Below, piece after piece: positions 1 to 9,627 of a stretch of DNA of 64,000 bases; the stretch's first letter is position 1; the number at the start of each line of letters is the position of its first letter. This stretch comes from Verrucomicrobiota bacterium (lineage in GTDB: Bacteria; Verrucomicrobiota; Kiritimatiellia; Kiritimatiellales; JBHORO01). Location: NCBI GenBank assembly GCA_042566005.1, contig JBHORO010000002.1:5287-69286 (forward strand). The letters are read 5' to 3'. A program made the translations under genes and the position numbers. Below the pieces are notes generated by a model. It worked only from the letters and a program-made list of their open reading frames with translations, was not told the DNA's origin and did no database searches.

Positions 1-49
1 CTCGCGTGACATGCCTATTTAAATAGTTAAGGGGAGATAAGGGTTAATC

Positions 50-77
50 TTGAAGCTTGTCCGCTTGTGACTAATAT
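50..77 (+). promoter_or_regulatory. candidate sigma70-type promoter of ftsK, possibly giving a leaderless mRNA
   Basis: TTGAAG (50-55), a 16-nt spacer, then TAATAT (72-77). The ftsK ATG at 84 lies only 6 nt after the -10 hexamer and has no Shine-Dalgarno motif in front. Confidence 0.4.
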
Positions 78-83
78 GTCGGA

Positions 84-409
84 ATGGCAGCTAAAAAAGA
101 TCAACAGGCAAAATCGGGTATTCATGAAATCTGCGGGATTATTTTTATCGCGCTCTGCATTATCGCATTTTTCGCAGTATTTTCGTATCACCCCGACGAT
201 ATCAGTATTTTCAAAAACCCGCCCAATAGTCCGGCGCTTAACCTAATCGGTCCGGTAGGGGCATGGAGCTCGTTCCTTTTTTTCATCCTGTTCGGCATCT
301 CGGCGTATCTGTTACCGCCGTTTTTGCTGGTCGCCGGATTGATCGGGCTCTTTAAATCCGAACTGAAGCTCTGGCCGCGTGTCAGCTGGTTTTTCGTGGC
401 GCTTTTTTT
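84..409 (+). other. ftsK: 5' segment of ftsK (membrane anchor) in a different frame from the rest of the gene
   Basis: ORF 84-644 starts MAAKKDQQAKSGIHEICGIIFIALCIIAFFAVFSY... with hydrophobic helices typical of the FtsK N-terminus. After ...SWFFVALFF (about nt 409) the translation turns into Arg/Pro-rich nonsense, while the +1 frame continues as FtsK. Confidence 0.75.
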
Positions 410-2457
410 CACTGAGCACACTCTTGGACCTCAATCCCGAAGGCTTTGCAGGCCTGCAGGAAAAACTGAACCTGAGCAGCCCGGGCGGAGTGATCGGCTA
501 CACGCTGGCACAACGCACGCTCGGTCTGTGGATCGGAAAGTTCGGAGCAGGGGTGATCGCCTTCACCACCCTGCTGGTTTCTTTGGTCTACGTGACGAAT
601 ATTTACCCGACGTCCATTTTCCAGTTTTTCAGCCATCGCTTTAAAGCCACGCGCGACGAAAACCTGAAGGCCAAAGAGCAGGCCGAAAAAGAACGTAAAA
701 AATGGGAACGGGAACAGAAACGACTCGAACGCGAAGCCAAACGCGAAGCGCGCGAACGCCGTAAACAGGAGAAATTGGATGCAGCAGCTGCGGCCGCTGA
801 TAAAGAGGACGACCTGTTCGAGGTTTCTAATATTCAGCCGAAAAAGAAGGCTGTGCGCAAACCCAAACCTTCCGCTCTCCAGGAAGGTGAAGCGGCAATT
901 GCTGAAGTAAAAACAGAAGCACCGGTCAGCGCCTTCCCGAAAGCAGAAGGCGAGAGCAAATGGGAACTGCCGGACGTTTCCATTCTGGATGAAATTCCGC
1001 CGATGACTAAATTCGGAGAAGGGGACGACACCAGCGGAATGGCGCAGACCCTGCAGAAGACCCTCAACGACTTCGGCGTCGACGCGACTGTTACCAATGT
1101 ACAGATCGGCCCGGTTGTTACCAGCTACGAAGTCAAGCCGGCGGCTGGCGTACGTGTCGAAAAAATCAAAAACCTGACCAACAACATTGCCTTGGCGATG
1201 AAAGCCCGCAGCATCCGCGTGCAGGCCCCGATCCCGGGGCGCGACGTAGTGGGCGTCGAAATCCCGAACTCCAAAAGCGCGGCCGTTTTTGCGCGCCAGT
1301 TGATTGAGTCTGATGATTTTGACAGCTCTAAAATGGCGCTTCCGCTGAACCTCGGACAGGACGTCGGCGGAAATAACCTGATCGTCGATATGGCGAAAAT
1401 GCCGCACCTGCTGATTGCGGGGGCAACCGGCGCCGGTAAAACCGTCTGTATGAACTCACTGCTGTCCGGCCTGCTGATGACGCGTACACCGGATGAACTG
1501 CGCCTGATGCTGGTTGACCCGAAGATCGTGGAGTTCCAAGCCTACAACGATCTGCCGCACCTCGTGGTTCCGGTAATTACCGACCCGAAAAAAGTAGCGC
1601 TCGGTCTGCGCTGGGCAATCAAAGAGATGGAGTCGCGCTACAAAATGTTCGCCAAAGTCGGCGCGCGTAACATTGAAAGTTTCAACAACCGCCCGAAACC
1701 GAAGCAGGGCGATATGTTCGGCAACGACGAAACGGCGGGCGGTATTCCGGAAACGGTTCCGTACATCGTCATCGTGATCGACGAGCTGGCGGATATCATG
1801 GCGGTTGCACAGGCGGATATCGAAACCGGCATTGCACGTCTGGCCCAGCTCTCCCGTGCGACCGGCATTCACATGATCATCGCGACCCAGCGTCCGTCGG
1901 TGAATGTGATCACGGGTACCATCAAAGCCAACCTGCCGGCACGTATCGCCTTCCAGGTCGCGCAGCGTGTGGACAGCCGCACGATTCTCGATTCCATGGG
2001 AGCCGAACAGCTGCTCGGCCGCGGGGATATGCTGTATGCACCGCCGGGCGGCAGTAAAACGATTCGTGCCCAGGGCTCGCTCACAACCGACGAAGAAATT
2101 TTCCGCGTCTGCGAATTCTGGAAAGAGCAGGGCAAACCGACCTTTATCCAGGAGGTACAACAGAAAATGGACGGCTCCGCTCCGGTTGAGCTTCCGGAAG
2201 TGGAGGGCGATGAAGACAGCGAACTGCTGGAACAAGCCATTGAGGTTCTGCGCCAGACCAAGCGCGCGTCCATTTCCTCACTGCAGCGTCGCCTGCGAAT
2301 CGGTTATAACCGCGCGGCCCGCCTGATGGATGTGTTGGAAGAACGCGGTATTGTCGGCCCGGCCACAGACACCGGCCCGCGCGAAATCCTGATTGATTTT
2401 GATGGTGAAATTCCGCAAAACCCGAATGAAGAAACCCCAGTGGATATGATGGAGTAA
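379..2457 (+). CDS. ftsK: DNA translocase FtsK/SpoIIIE (body of the gene; the true start is probably 84, see the frame break at 403-409)
   Basis: Walker A motif LLIAGATGAGKTV; motor-domain motifs IVIVIDELADIM and MIIATQRPS; C-terminal winged-helix gamma domain (SISSLQRRLRIGYNRAARLMDVLEERGIVGP); KE-rich linker. Confidence 0.95.
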   Translation: MSAGFSWRFFSLSTLLDLNPEGFAGLQEKLNLSSPGGVIGYTLAQRTLGLWIGKFGAGVIAFTTLLVSLVYVTNIYPTSIFQFFSHRFKATRDENLKAKEQAEKERKKWEREQKRLEREAKREARERRKQEKLDAAAAAADKEDDLFEVSNIQPKKKAVRKPKPSALQEGEAAIAEVKTEAPVSAFPKAEGESKWELPDVSILDEIPPMTKFGEGDDTSGMAQTLQKTLNDFGVDATVTNVQIGPVVTSYEVKPAAGVRVEKIKNLTNNIALAMKARSIRVQAPIPGRDVVGVEIPNSKSAAVFARQLIESDDFDSSKMALPLNLGQDVGGNNLIVDMAKMPHLLIAGATGAGKTVCMNSLLSGLLMTRTPDELRLMLVDPKIVEFQAYNDLPHLVVPVITDPKKVALGLRWAIKEMESRYKMFAKVGARNIESFNNRPKPKQGDMFGNDETAGGIPETVPYIVIVIDELADIMAVAQADIETGIARLAQLSRATGIHMIIATQRPSVNVITGTIKANLPARIAFQVAQRVDSRTILDSMGAEQLLGRGDMLYAPPGGSKTIRAQGSLTTDEEIFRVCEFWKEQGKPTFIQEVQQKMDGSAPVELPEVEGDEDSELLEQAIEVLRQTKRASISSLQRRLRIGYNRAARLMDVLEERGIVGPATDTGPREILIDFDGEIPQNPNEETPVDMME

Positions 2458-2458
2458 T

Positions 2459-3004
2459 ATGGGCGATTTAACGTTAGGTTCAAAACTGCGCGCAGCGCGC
2501 GAAATTAAAGGGGTGGATGTCAGCACCGCGGCGGAGAAGACCAAGATTCTGCCGCAGATGATCCGCGAGCTGGAGGAAGATGACTTCCACCGTATCGCCG
2601 CACCCATTTACGCCAAAGGCTTCATTCGCACTTACAGCGATTATCTCGGTATTGATCCGCAACCGCTGATTGAGGAGTACATGCAGAAGCACAATCTGGG
2701 ACAGGATCTTAAAAGCACCACCGAAAAAAAGGTGGCGAAAAAGGCGAAAGCCAAAGTGCCGCCACTGAGTGAACTGCTCCCTGAAATCGACTTCAAAAAC
2801 CTGCAGGTTAATCCGGCGCTTTTGACCAAAGTCGGAATAGGACTGGGCGTTGTAATTGCACTGGTTGTGCTGATCAGCCTGATCGGAAAATGCAGCTCTG
2901 ACAAATCGAAAACCGCCATCAACGAAGAACAAACGGTCGAGCAAATCATCGCGGAACCGCAAGATGTCTATTTAATTAAACCCGGCGTAATGGAGGCCAA
3001 ATAA
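2459..3004 (+). CDS. RodZ-like helix-turn-helix membrane protein
   Basis: N-terminal Xre-type HTH (LGSKLRAAREIKGVDVSTAAEKTKI) followed by IYAKGFIRTYSDYLGID, as in RodZ. One TM helix near the C-terminus; the periplasmic part is short. Starts 2 nt after the ftsK stop. Confidence 0.6.
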   Translation: MGDLTLGSKLRAAREIKGVDVSTAAEKTKILPQMIRELEEDDFHRIAAPIYAKGFIRTYSDYLGIDPQPLIEEYMQKHNLGQDLKSTTEKKVAKKAKAKVPPLSELLPEIDFKNLQVNPALLTKVGIGLGVVIALVVLISLIGKCSSDKSKTAINEEQTVEQIIAEPQDVYLIKPGVMEAK

Positions 3005-3564
3005 TGAATCTACCAAACAAACTTACCGTCAGCCGTTTGTACATGACCGCACTGATGGTTTTCTTCCTCAGTGTCCACATTCAGTATTCGTACCTTGTAG
3101 CCTTCCTGCTGTTCGTGCTGGCCGCCATCACCGATTGGCTCGACGGACACCTGGCGCGCACTAAATACGGGGTCAGCGACTTCGGCAAACTGATGGATCC
3201 GCTGGCCGACAAGGTCCTGACCTCTGCTGCCTTCATTGCCTTCGTGCAGCTTGGAATGGTTCCGGCCTGGTTCGCGGTGATCATCGTAACGCGCGAATTT
3301 ATGGTTACCGGCCTGCGCCTGCTCGTTGCCGGACGCGGAACTGTGATGCCAGCCGGCATCTGGGGTAAACTCAAGACGATCTTCCAGATGATCGCAATTT
3401 CACTAGGCCTGCTGATTCTCGGACTGGGCGACTGCGGGGTAGAGAGCAACGCAATTGCCGAATTCATCACAGGGTCCATCATGTGGCTGGCAATGATCTT
3501 CACCGTGGTCTCCGGTGTGGAGTATTTCTGGAAATACCGCGAAGAGTTCATGCACGGAGCCTAA
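3004..3564 (+). CDS. pgsA: CDP-diacylglycerol--glycerol-3-phosphate 3-phosphatidyltransferase
   Basis: CDP-alcohol phosphatidyltransferase motif DWLDGHLAR...G..MDPLADK; polytopic membrane protein; TAATG overlap with the upstream gene. Confidence 0.85.
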   Translation: MNLPNKLTVSRLYMTALMVFFLSVHIQYSYLVAFLLFVLAAITDWLDGHLARTKYGVSDFGKLMDPLADKVLTSAAFIAFVQLGMVPAWFAVIIVTREFMVTGLRLLVAGRGTVMPAGIWGKLKTIFQMIAISLGLLILGLGDCGVESNAIAEFITGSIMWLAMIFTVVSGVEYFWKYREEFMHGA

Positions 3565-3567
3565 GCT

Positions 3568-4092
3568 GTGGGAGTCGAGGTAAACTATTCCGTCCGTAAG
3601 CGCGGCCAGCAGTGCGAAGCCTGCGCCCGAGAATTTGAAGATGGCGAGAAAATCCACTCTCGCCTGATCTTCGAAAACGGCGAATATATGCGCCTCGACT
3701 ACTGCAAAGCGTGCAAGTCACAGCAAAATGTCGACACCACACTCAGCTCCTGGACTACCGTGTACATCCCTCCGCCGTCCCCCAAAGAGGAGGCGCTTAA
3801 AAAGGAGAATGCGGAATCCCTCCTGCGCAAGCTGATCGACGACAACACGCGGGACCACACCAACGCAATCTACATCCTGGCCATCATGCTCGAACGCAAA
3901 AAACTAGTAATTGAGCGGGATGTGCAAACCAAGGAAAACGGTAAAAAGCTGCGTATTTACGAGCACAAGAAAACGGGCGAAACTTTCCTGATCACCGACC
4001 CGGATCTCAAACTGAACGAACTCGAACACGTACAGGAAGAGGTCGTCAACCTGCTCGGCGGGCCGCAAAAACTAAAGAAAAACCACCAATAA
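3568..4092 (+). CDS. hypothetical protein with an N-terminal CxxC...CxxC zinc-ribbon-like motif
   Basis: GTG start 4 nt after the pgsA stop. Motifs CEACAREF...YCKACKS. No recognisable family. Confidence 0.5.
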   Translation: MGVEVNYSVRKRGQQCEACAREFEDGEKIHSRLIFENGEYMRLDYCKACKSQQNVDTTLSSWTTVYIPPPSPKEEALKKENAESLLRKLIDDNTRDHTNAIYILAIMLERKKLVIERDVQTKENGKKLRIYEHKKTGETFLITDPDLKLNELEHVQEEVVNLLGGPQKLKKNHQ

Positions 4093-4156
4093 ACACCAAT
4101 GAAAACGAATCCGAAAATTCGTGTGATTTCGTGGTTTTTAATTAAGGATCTGACCA

Positions 4157-4624
4157 ATGGGAACCGAGATAGAGCGTAAGTTTCTGCTTAAAAATGATAG
4201 CTGGCGGGAAGGGGTTGTCGGCATTGAAATATGCCAAGGCTACGCCCAACTTCCCAACGGAGTTTTCCGCGTCCGTATCTACGGCGAAAAAGCCTTTCTG
4301 ACCGTCAAAGGCAAACTCGAAGGGTTATCCCGCGCCGAGTTCGAATATGAGATTCCAGTCGAAGATGCACGCGGCATGCTCGAAACCGTCTGCGAAAAAC
4401 CCTACATCCAGAAACGGAGATTTTTGGTCGAGTTTGATCAAAAAACATGGGAAATAGATGAGTTCTTTGGCGAAAACGACGGATTATTGCTCGCGGAGCT
4501 GGAATTAGACTCCGAAAATGAAAACGTCAACCTTCCCGACTGGGCCGGCGCAGAGGTCACCGACGACTTCCGCTACTACAACTCCAACCTCGTCAAAAAT
4601 CCCTACTGCAATTGGAAAGAATAG
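4157..4624 (+). CDS. CYTH domain protein (class IV adenylate cyclase / triphosphatase fold)
   Basis: N-terminal EIERKFLL signature and alternating acidic/basic beta-strand pattern typical of CYTH; 155 aa. Confidence 0.8.
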   Translation: MGTEIERKFLLKNDSWREGVVGIEICQGYAQLPNGVFRVRIYGEKAFLTVKGKLEGLSRAEFEYEIPVEDARGMLETVCEKPYIQKRRFLVEFDQKTWEIDEFFGENDGLLLAELELDSENENVNLPDWAGAEVTDDFRYYNSNLVKNPYCNWKE

Positions 4625-4663
4625 GTTAGGGCACTCGTCGAAAAGCGAACCATCCCAAGGCAC

Positions 4664-4705
4664 AAAAAAACCATGAAGCGCGATAGGCACTTCATGGTTT
4701 TTTTT
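4664..4705. terminator. bidirectional rho-independent terminator between the CYTH gene and typA
   Basis: A7 run, stem ccatgaag / cttcatgg with an 11-nt loop, then a T8 run. It reads as hairpin plus U-tract on both strands. Confidence 0.8.
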
Positions 4706-4756
4706 CAGACAGGATAACAGGATCTACAAAACGATCCTGTTGATCCCGTTCTTAAC

Positions 4757-6556
4757 TTACGCTTGGCGCTTGTTACGTTTGCGTTCGTTTTCCGTCAGGA
4801 ATTTTTTGCGCATACGCACGTTCAGCGGCGTCACTTCAACGAGTTCGTCTGCCGCGATGTATTCCAGCGCCTGCTCAAGGCTCATTTTAGTGGCCGGCTG
4901 GATTTTCATCGCTCTGTCAGTACCAGAAGAACGTACGTTCGTCAGCTGCTTGGCTTTCTGAATGTTCACGTTCAGATCGCTGTCGAGACAGTGCTCACCA
5001 ACAATCATACCTTCGTAACACTCCATGCCCGGATCAATGAAGAACTCACCGCGCTGCTGCAAACCGTCGATCGCGAAGGCCACGGCCGGGCCGTTGGCAA
5101 TACTGATCATTACACCATTGTTGCGCTGCGCGACTTCGCCCTTATACGGCTCGTAGTGCAGGTAACGGTGCGCCACAATACCTTCGCCGGCTGTAGCCGT
5201 CATGATCTTGCTTCGCAGGCCGATCATACCGCGGGTCGGAATGTTGAATGTCAGCATTTTGCGAACACCGAGCTGCTCCATGTTGACCATTTCACCCTTA
5301 CGAGCACCGACAAGTTCGATCACTTTACCAGCAGATGCATCCGGTACATCGACGTTCAGGATTTCAATTGGCTCTTCTTTCTTGCCGTGGTTTTCACGGA
5401 AGATCACCTGCGGCGGAGCTACAGACAATTCGTAACCCTCACGACGCATCGTTTCGATCAGGATCGAGAGGTGCAATACACCGCGACCGCTAACTTTAAA
5501 CGACTCACCGTTCATGTCTTCAACACGCAACGCTACGTCGCGCTCCGTCTCTTTGAACAGGCGGTCACTCAAGTGACGGCTGGTTACAAATTTACCTTCC
5601 TTACCGAAGAACGGAGAGTCGTTGATGCGGAAAATCATGGAAAGAGTCGGCTCATCAAGTTTGATCAGCGGAAGTGCTTCCGGGTGTTCCGCGTCCGTTA
5701 CGGTGTCACCGATGTCGATGCCGGTAATACCGCAGATTGCGCACAAATCACCGCAATGGATCTGCTGTGCTTCTTCGCGCTTAATGCCTTCAAACGTGTA
5801 CAGGTTTTTGACTTTAACCATTTCTTTTGTGCCATCGCGTTTGATGATCACAAGCGGCTTGTTGATGTCGAGTGTACCGCGACGAACGCGTCCGATACCG
5901 ATCCGACCAACGTAGTCATTGTAGTCCAGCGTCGTTACCTGCATCTGAACCGGGCCTTCATCCTGCGGCGGAGCCGGAATGTTTTCGAGAACGGCATCCA
6001 GCAGCGGGATCACGTTTTCGCGCGGATCATCCAGCTCTTTAGCAGCCCAACCGTTTTTAGCGGAAGCGTAGATCACCGGGAATTCCAGCTGATCGTCGTT
6101 CGCATCGAGTTCCACAAACAGGTCGAAAATTTTGTCCAAAACGTAATCCGGCCGCGCATCCGGTTTGTCGATCTTGTTGATCACCACCATCGGCTTCAGG
6201 TTCAGCTCCAGGGCCTTATCGAGTACGAAACGTGTCTGCGGCATCGGACCTTCGGCTGCATCAACTACCAGCAGTACGCCGTCGGCCATGTTCAATACAC
6301 GTTCAACCTGACCACCGAAGTCGCTGTGACCCGGTGTATCGAGAATGTTGATCTTCACGTTGTTGTAATCGATACTGATGTTTTTGGCCAGAATCGTAAT
6401 CCCGCGCTCACGCTCGAGATCGTTACTGTCCATAAAGCGTTCCTGCATCTGACTTTCGTCGCGGAACAGCTTCGCCTGTTTCAAAATCTCATCAACCAGC
6501 GTTGTTTTGCCGTGGTCGACGTGTGCAATAATCGCAATATTTCTTAATTCGCGCAT
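4757..6556 (-). CDS. typA: translational GTPase TypA/BipA
   Basis: [22 protein letters not shown]..., [12 protein letters not shown]-type G-motifs, NKIDK; 599 aa; EF-G-like domain order with the BipA C-terminal domain. Confidence 0.95.
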   Translation of the reverse strand: MRELRNIAIIAHVDHGKTTLVDEILKQAKLFRDESQMQERFMDSNDLERERGITILAKNISIDYNNVKINILDTPGHSDFGGQVERVLNMADGVLLVVDAAEGPMPQTRFVLDKALELNLKPMVVINKIDKPDARPDYVLDKIFDLFVELDANDDQLEFPVIYASAKNGWAAKELDDPRENVIPLLDAVLENIPAPPQDEGPVQMQVTTLDYNDYVGRIGIGRVRRGTLDINKPLVIIKRDGTKEMVKVKNLYTFEGIKREEAQQIHCGDLCAICGITGIDIGDTVTDAEHPEALPLIKLDEPTLSMIFRINDSPFFGKEGKFVTSRHLSDRLFKETERDVALRVEDMNGESFKVSGRGVLHLSILIETMRREGYELSVAPPQVIFRENHGKKEEPIEILNVDVPDASAGKVIELVGARKGEMVNMEQLGVRKMLTFNIPTRGMIGLRSKIMTATAGEGIVAHRYLHYEPYKGEVAQRNNGVMISIANGPAVAFAIDGLQQRGEFFIDPGMECYEGMIVGEHCLDSDLNVNIQKAKQLTNVRSSGTDRAMKIQPATKMSLEQALEYIAADELVEVTPLNVRMRKKFLTENERKRNKRQA

Positions 6557-6697
6557 AAATGCCTCTTAGCCGCATTCGCGGCAGTTATCTGTTGTCTGTT
6601 ACTGGTTATCAGGAAAACCGGTAGTCCAGAACACTCATTCTGACAACCAATAACAGATAACCGTTAACCGTCACCAGCTCTGCAAGTGACTCATTCA

Positions 6698-6732
6698 TAA
6701 AAAATTAACGGCGCACCATAGGCGGTGCGCCG
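6698..6732 (-). terminator. rho-independent terminator downstream of the HAD hydrolase gene
   Basis: The minus strand reads cggcgcaccgcctatggtgcgccg followed by ttaatttttt. Confidence 0.65.
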
Positions 6733-6849
6733 GCGTTTGGCGAGAACGGAATTCAAATAATAAACGGCTCTCAAACGGAACATGAAGAGCATCAAATCAG
6801 GTAAGAATTCACTCCTTCTTTCTCCATACTCTTCATACCCGCAATCTTC

Positions 6850-7737
6850 TTAAGATTCCCACGGCGGGGTTTCCGGGAGCAGGGCGGTGAAGGCGTCGAT
6901 CAGCTCCTGCTGATATTCCGATGTGAATTCACCGGAGATGAAGCGGTCGTAATCCTCTTCAAAGAAACGCTGCCAGCTCGCGTTTTCGTGGCCCGGCAGG
7001 ATCGGGTAGAACCAGATGCCGGTTTCCTGCGCGGCGTACATGTCGCCCAGCGCATCGCCCATCATAATCGCGCATTTCGGATCGTAGTGATCTTTCATCG
7101 CCCAGTTGAGTGATTCGGTTTTTGTTCCGATCGACGCACCGGCAATGATGTCGACGTAGCGGCTCAACCCGTGCAGATTCCACTCCGCCACCAGCGTATC
7201 GTCCATCGTCTGCGATACGACCAGGGCATCAGAGGAGCCATGGATCTTCTTGAGGGCTTTGAGTGCATAATCGAACGGCGGGATCGGGTCCATTTCGTCG
7301 GTCGATTTGTTGACCGCCAGACTCCACTGCAAAATACGCAACAGCTCCAGGTCCGGATGCTTTTCGAGGTAAGTGGCGAGCGTTGAGTTACTCAGCGCCT
7401 CTCCGGAATTGACCCACTCGTGAAACGCGGTTGTATCCGGCAGCTCAATCTCAGAATCCTTAACCAGCGGATGTGTTTTCAGGCGATCAAAGAAGCGCAG
7501 CAGGTTGGCAAAGCGGTTCAGGCCGCGGGTTACCGAATAGAGCCAGACAAACTTCACGCAGTCGAAGACCGCCTCTTCAATGTCCTGAAAATCCCAATGT
7601 TTAACGATCAACGGCGCAAAATGACGAAGCTGCTTCTCCTCCATTGTATCGAACATACACCCGTCCGAATCAATACCCACCAGCGTAGTATGTTTCGGCT
7701 GGAAATTAACCAGATCCTCTTTAGTAAAAACGTCCAT
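6850..7737 (-). CDS. HAD-superfamily hydrolase
   Basis: Motif I GIDSDGCMFD close to the N-terminus if the start is the ATG at 7737 (MDVFTKEDLVNF...); late GDALGD motif. The 81 codons upstream in the ORF track look non-coding (Arg/Ser-rich). Confidence 0.6.
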   Translation of the reverse strand: MDVFTKEDLVNFQPKHTTLVGIDSDGCMFDTMEEKQLRHFAPLIVKHWDFQDIEEAVFDCVKFVWLYSVTRGLNRFANLLRFFDRLKTHPLVKDSEIELPDTTAFHEWVNSGEALSNSTLATYLEKHPDLELLRILQWSLAVNKSTDEMDPIPPFDYALKALKKIHGSSDALVVSQTMDDTLVAEWNLHGLSRYVDIIAGASIGTKTESLNWAMKDHYDPKCAIMMGDALGDMYAAQETGIWFYPILPGHENASWQRFFEEDYDRFISGEFTSEYQQELIDAFTALLPETPPWES

Positions 7738-8032
7738 AAAAACCTCGTGTTTGATGTGCCCCGCACTAATACAGGAAAGAAAGTGGAAATACAAGAAACA
7801 CCAAAGCTCAAAGAAAGCAGGAATCCCGATTCTACGCAGGACCGGGTGGAACCGGTCCCTCCATTCTGTAGATGCGGCCGATGACCGCATTGTTGTGCGG
7901 CTACCTTTTAAGTACGTGCTCGCCGAGCGCGCTTTTTGTAGGCCTGGTCCCCGACCGGGCGCTGAGCGGGCAATATACAACTAAATGATTAAACCGCACA
8001 CATCGTCTGTTCCGACTTGGGCACAACCAAGT

Positions 8033-9481
8033 TTATGCATCATAAGTACTGGCCGCCGTATCGCCGCCGCGGCCGGTCCAGTTAGTATGGAAAAACTCGC
8101 CGCGCGGTTTATCGGTCCGCTCATAGGTGTGCGCGCCAAAGTAATCGCGCTGCGCCTGCAACAGATTTGCCGGCAGGTTTTCCGTGCGGTAACCGTCGAA
8201 ATAAGCCAATGCCGCTGAAATCGCCGGAACGGGAATTCCATTCGTCACCGCCGCCGCTACTACTCGACGCCAGCCGCTCTGTGCTTTTTCCAGCGCATCC
8301 CGGAAAAACGGATCCAGCACCAGGTTACTCAGCTCCGGATTGGTGTCGAACGCCTCTTTGATCTTACTGAGGAAGGCCGAACGAATAATGCAGCCGCCAC
8401 GCCACATCAGGGCGATACTGCCGTAGTTCAACTCCCAGTTGTACTCATTCGCCGCCGCACGCATCATCTGGTAGCCCTGTGCGTAAGAGATAATTTTGGA
8501 CGCGTACAGCGCCTGCTTCAAATCCTCGAGAATCTGTGCCTTATCGCCATCAAAGGTTTTAGCCGGAGCGTTAAGCACCTTGGCTGCTTCCACGCGCTCA
8601 TCTTTCAGGGCAGAGATACAGCGGCTGAATACCGCCTCGGCGATCACAGAAACCGGCTGACCAAGATCCAGCGCGATCTGAGCTGTCCATTTGCCGGTAC
8701 CTTTCTGGCCGGCTTTATCCAGCACTTGATCGACCACGGCTTTTCCGTTTTCATCTTTGTAGGCCAAAATTTCAGCGGTGATCTCAATCAGGTAGGAGTC
8801 CAATACTCCGGTATTCCATTCACTGAACACTTCCTGCATCTCTTCATTAGAGAGACCAAGTACATCGCGCATGAACTGATAGATCTCGCAGATCATCTGC
8901 ATGTCGCCGTACTCAATACCGTTGTGCACCATTTTCACAAAATGACCAGAACCGGAACTGCCTACCCAGTCGCAACAAGGCTCGCCGTCGGAAGTCTGTG
9001 CGGAAATCTTCTGGAAGATCGGTTTAATCGCGGCCCAAGCCTTCAAGGAACCACCCGGCATGAGAGAGGGGCCGAGCAGGGCGCCTTCTTCACCACCGGA
9101 AACCCCGCTGCCAACATAGTGCAGCCCGCTGCTTTCAACGGTGTCCACCCGGCGCGAGGTATCATTAAAGTTAGAGTTACCACCGTCGATAATGATATCG
9201 CCCGGCTCGAGCAACGGAGTCAGTTGATCAATCAGAGCATCCACGGCAGGGCCGGCTTTAACCATCACCATCACCTTGCGCGGCACGGAAAGACTGGAAA
9301 CCAGTTCTTCAAGGCTGTAGCAACCGACAATATTTTTGTCTTTCGCGCGGCCGTTAACAAATTTATCAACCTTTTCGGTCGTGCGGTTATAGCAGGAGAC
9401 GGCGAACCCTTTAGATTCCATATTCAGAATCAGGTTTTCGCCCATTACCGCTAAGCCTATCACACCAATATCAGACTTCAT
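8033..9481 (-). CDS. gnd: 6-phosphogluconate dehydrogenase, decarboxylating
   Basis: MKSDIGVIGLAVMGENLILN Rossmann N-terminus; conserved GHFVKMVHNGIEYGDMQ block. The ATG at 9481 is preceded by GGAG; the ORF track start at 9502 is a GTG. Confidence 0.95.
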   Translation of the reverse strand: MKSDIGVIGLAVMGENLILNMESKGFAVSCYNRTTEKVDKFVNGRAKDKNIVGCYSLEELVSSLSVPRKVMVMVKAGPAVDALIDQLTPLLEPGDIIIDGGNSNFNDTSRRVDTVESSGLHYVGSGVSGGEEGALLGPSLMPGGSLKAWAAIKPIFQKISAQTSDGEPCCDWVGSSGSGHFVKMVHNGIEYGDMQMICEIYQFMRDVLGLSNEEMQEVFSEWNTGVLDSYLIEITAEILAYKDENGKAVVDQVLDKAGQKGTGKWTAQIALDLGQPVSVIAEAVFSRCISALKDERVEAAKVLNAPAKTFDGDKAQILEDLKQALYASKIISYAQGYQMMRAAANEYNWELNYGSIALMWRGGCIIRSAFLSKIKEAFDTNPELSNLVLDPFFRDALEKAQSGWRRVVAAAVTNGIPVPAISAALAYFDGYRTENLPANLLQAQRDYFGAHTYERTDKPRGEFFHTNWTGRGGDTAASTYDA

Positions 9482-9627
9482 TTTGTTCTCCATTCGGTTC
9501 ACGCATTTAACGCGAAATCTCTTTCAAAAGCAAAGTGCATATGATTAATTACCCCAATTGTTACCAAATCAGTATCATTAAATGCAAGCTTCTCAGTAAA
9601 AATAAGATTCGGTAGAGTACGCTCACT

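Noticed and set aside
410-644. The 3' part of ORF 84-644, as if it were a separate 186-aa protein.
   Set aside because: After the T7 run the translation (TEHTLGPQSRRLCRPAGKTEPEQPGRSDR...) is out-of-frame read-through of ftsK. The real continuation is in the +1 frame.
4763-6547. Very long antisense ORFs opposite housekeeping genes. Examples: 594 aa opposite typA; 20458-21807 opposite nusA; 21989-23140 opposite infB; 42874-44073 opposite yidC; 45675-46823 and 46872-47684 opposite speA; 47627-48991 opposite CANSDH; 30514-31500 opposite feoB; 51019-51960 opposite DUF1501.
   Set aside because: In each case the sense strand encodes an unmistakable conserved protein. The antisense translations are Arg/His/Gln/Val-rich and low in complexity, with no motifs, starts or SDs. 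Stop-free antisense frames are a known by-product of codon bias in GC-rich genes.
7738-7980. N-terminal 81-codon extension of the HAD hydrolase ORF (6850-7980).
   Set aside because: The extension is Arg/Ser/Gly-rich and not protein-like. The HAD motif I sits at the expected distance from the ATG at 7737.
7738-8032. The 295-nt GC-rich, hairpin-containing spacer between gnd and the HAD gene, considered as a possible SRP, 6S or other structured RNA.
   Set aside because: Local hairpins are present (for example ggaccgg-gtggaa-ccggtcc). However, I could not find the conserved SRP helix-8 motif, tmRNA or RNase P signatures. It probably holds just the promoter and UTR, and a covariance-model scan would be needed to say more.
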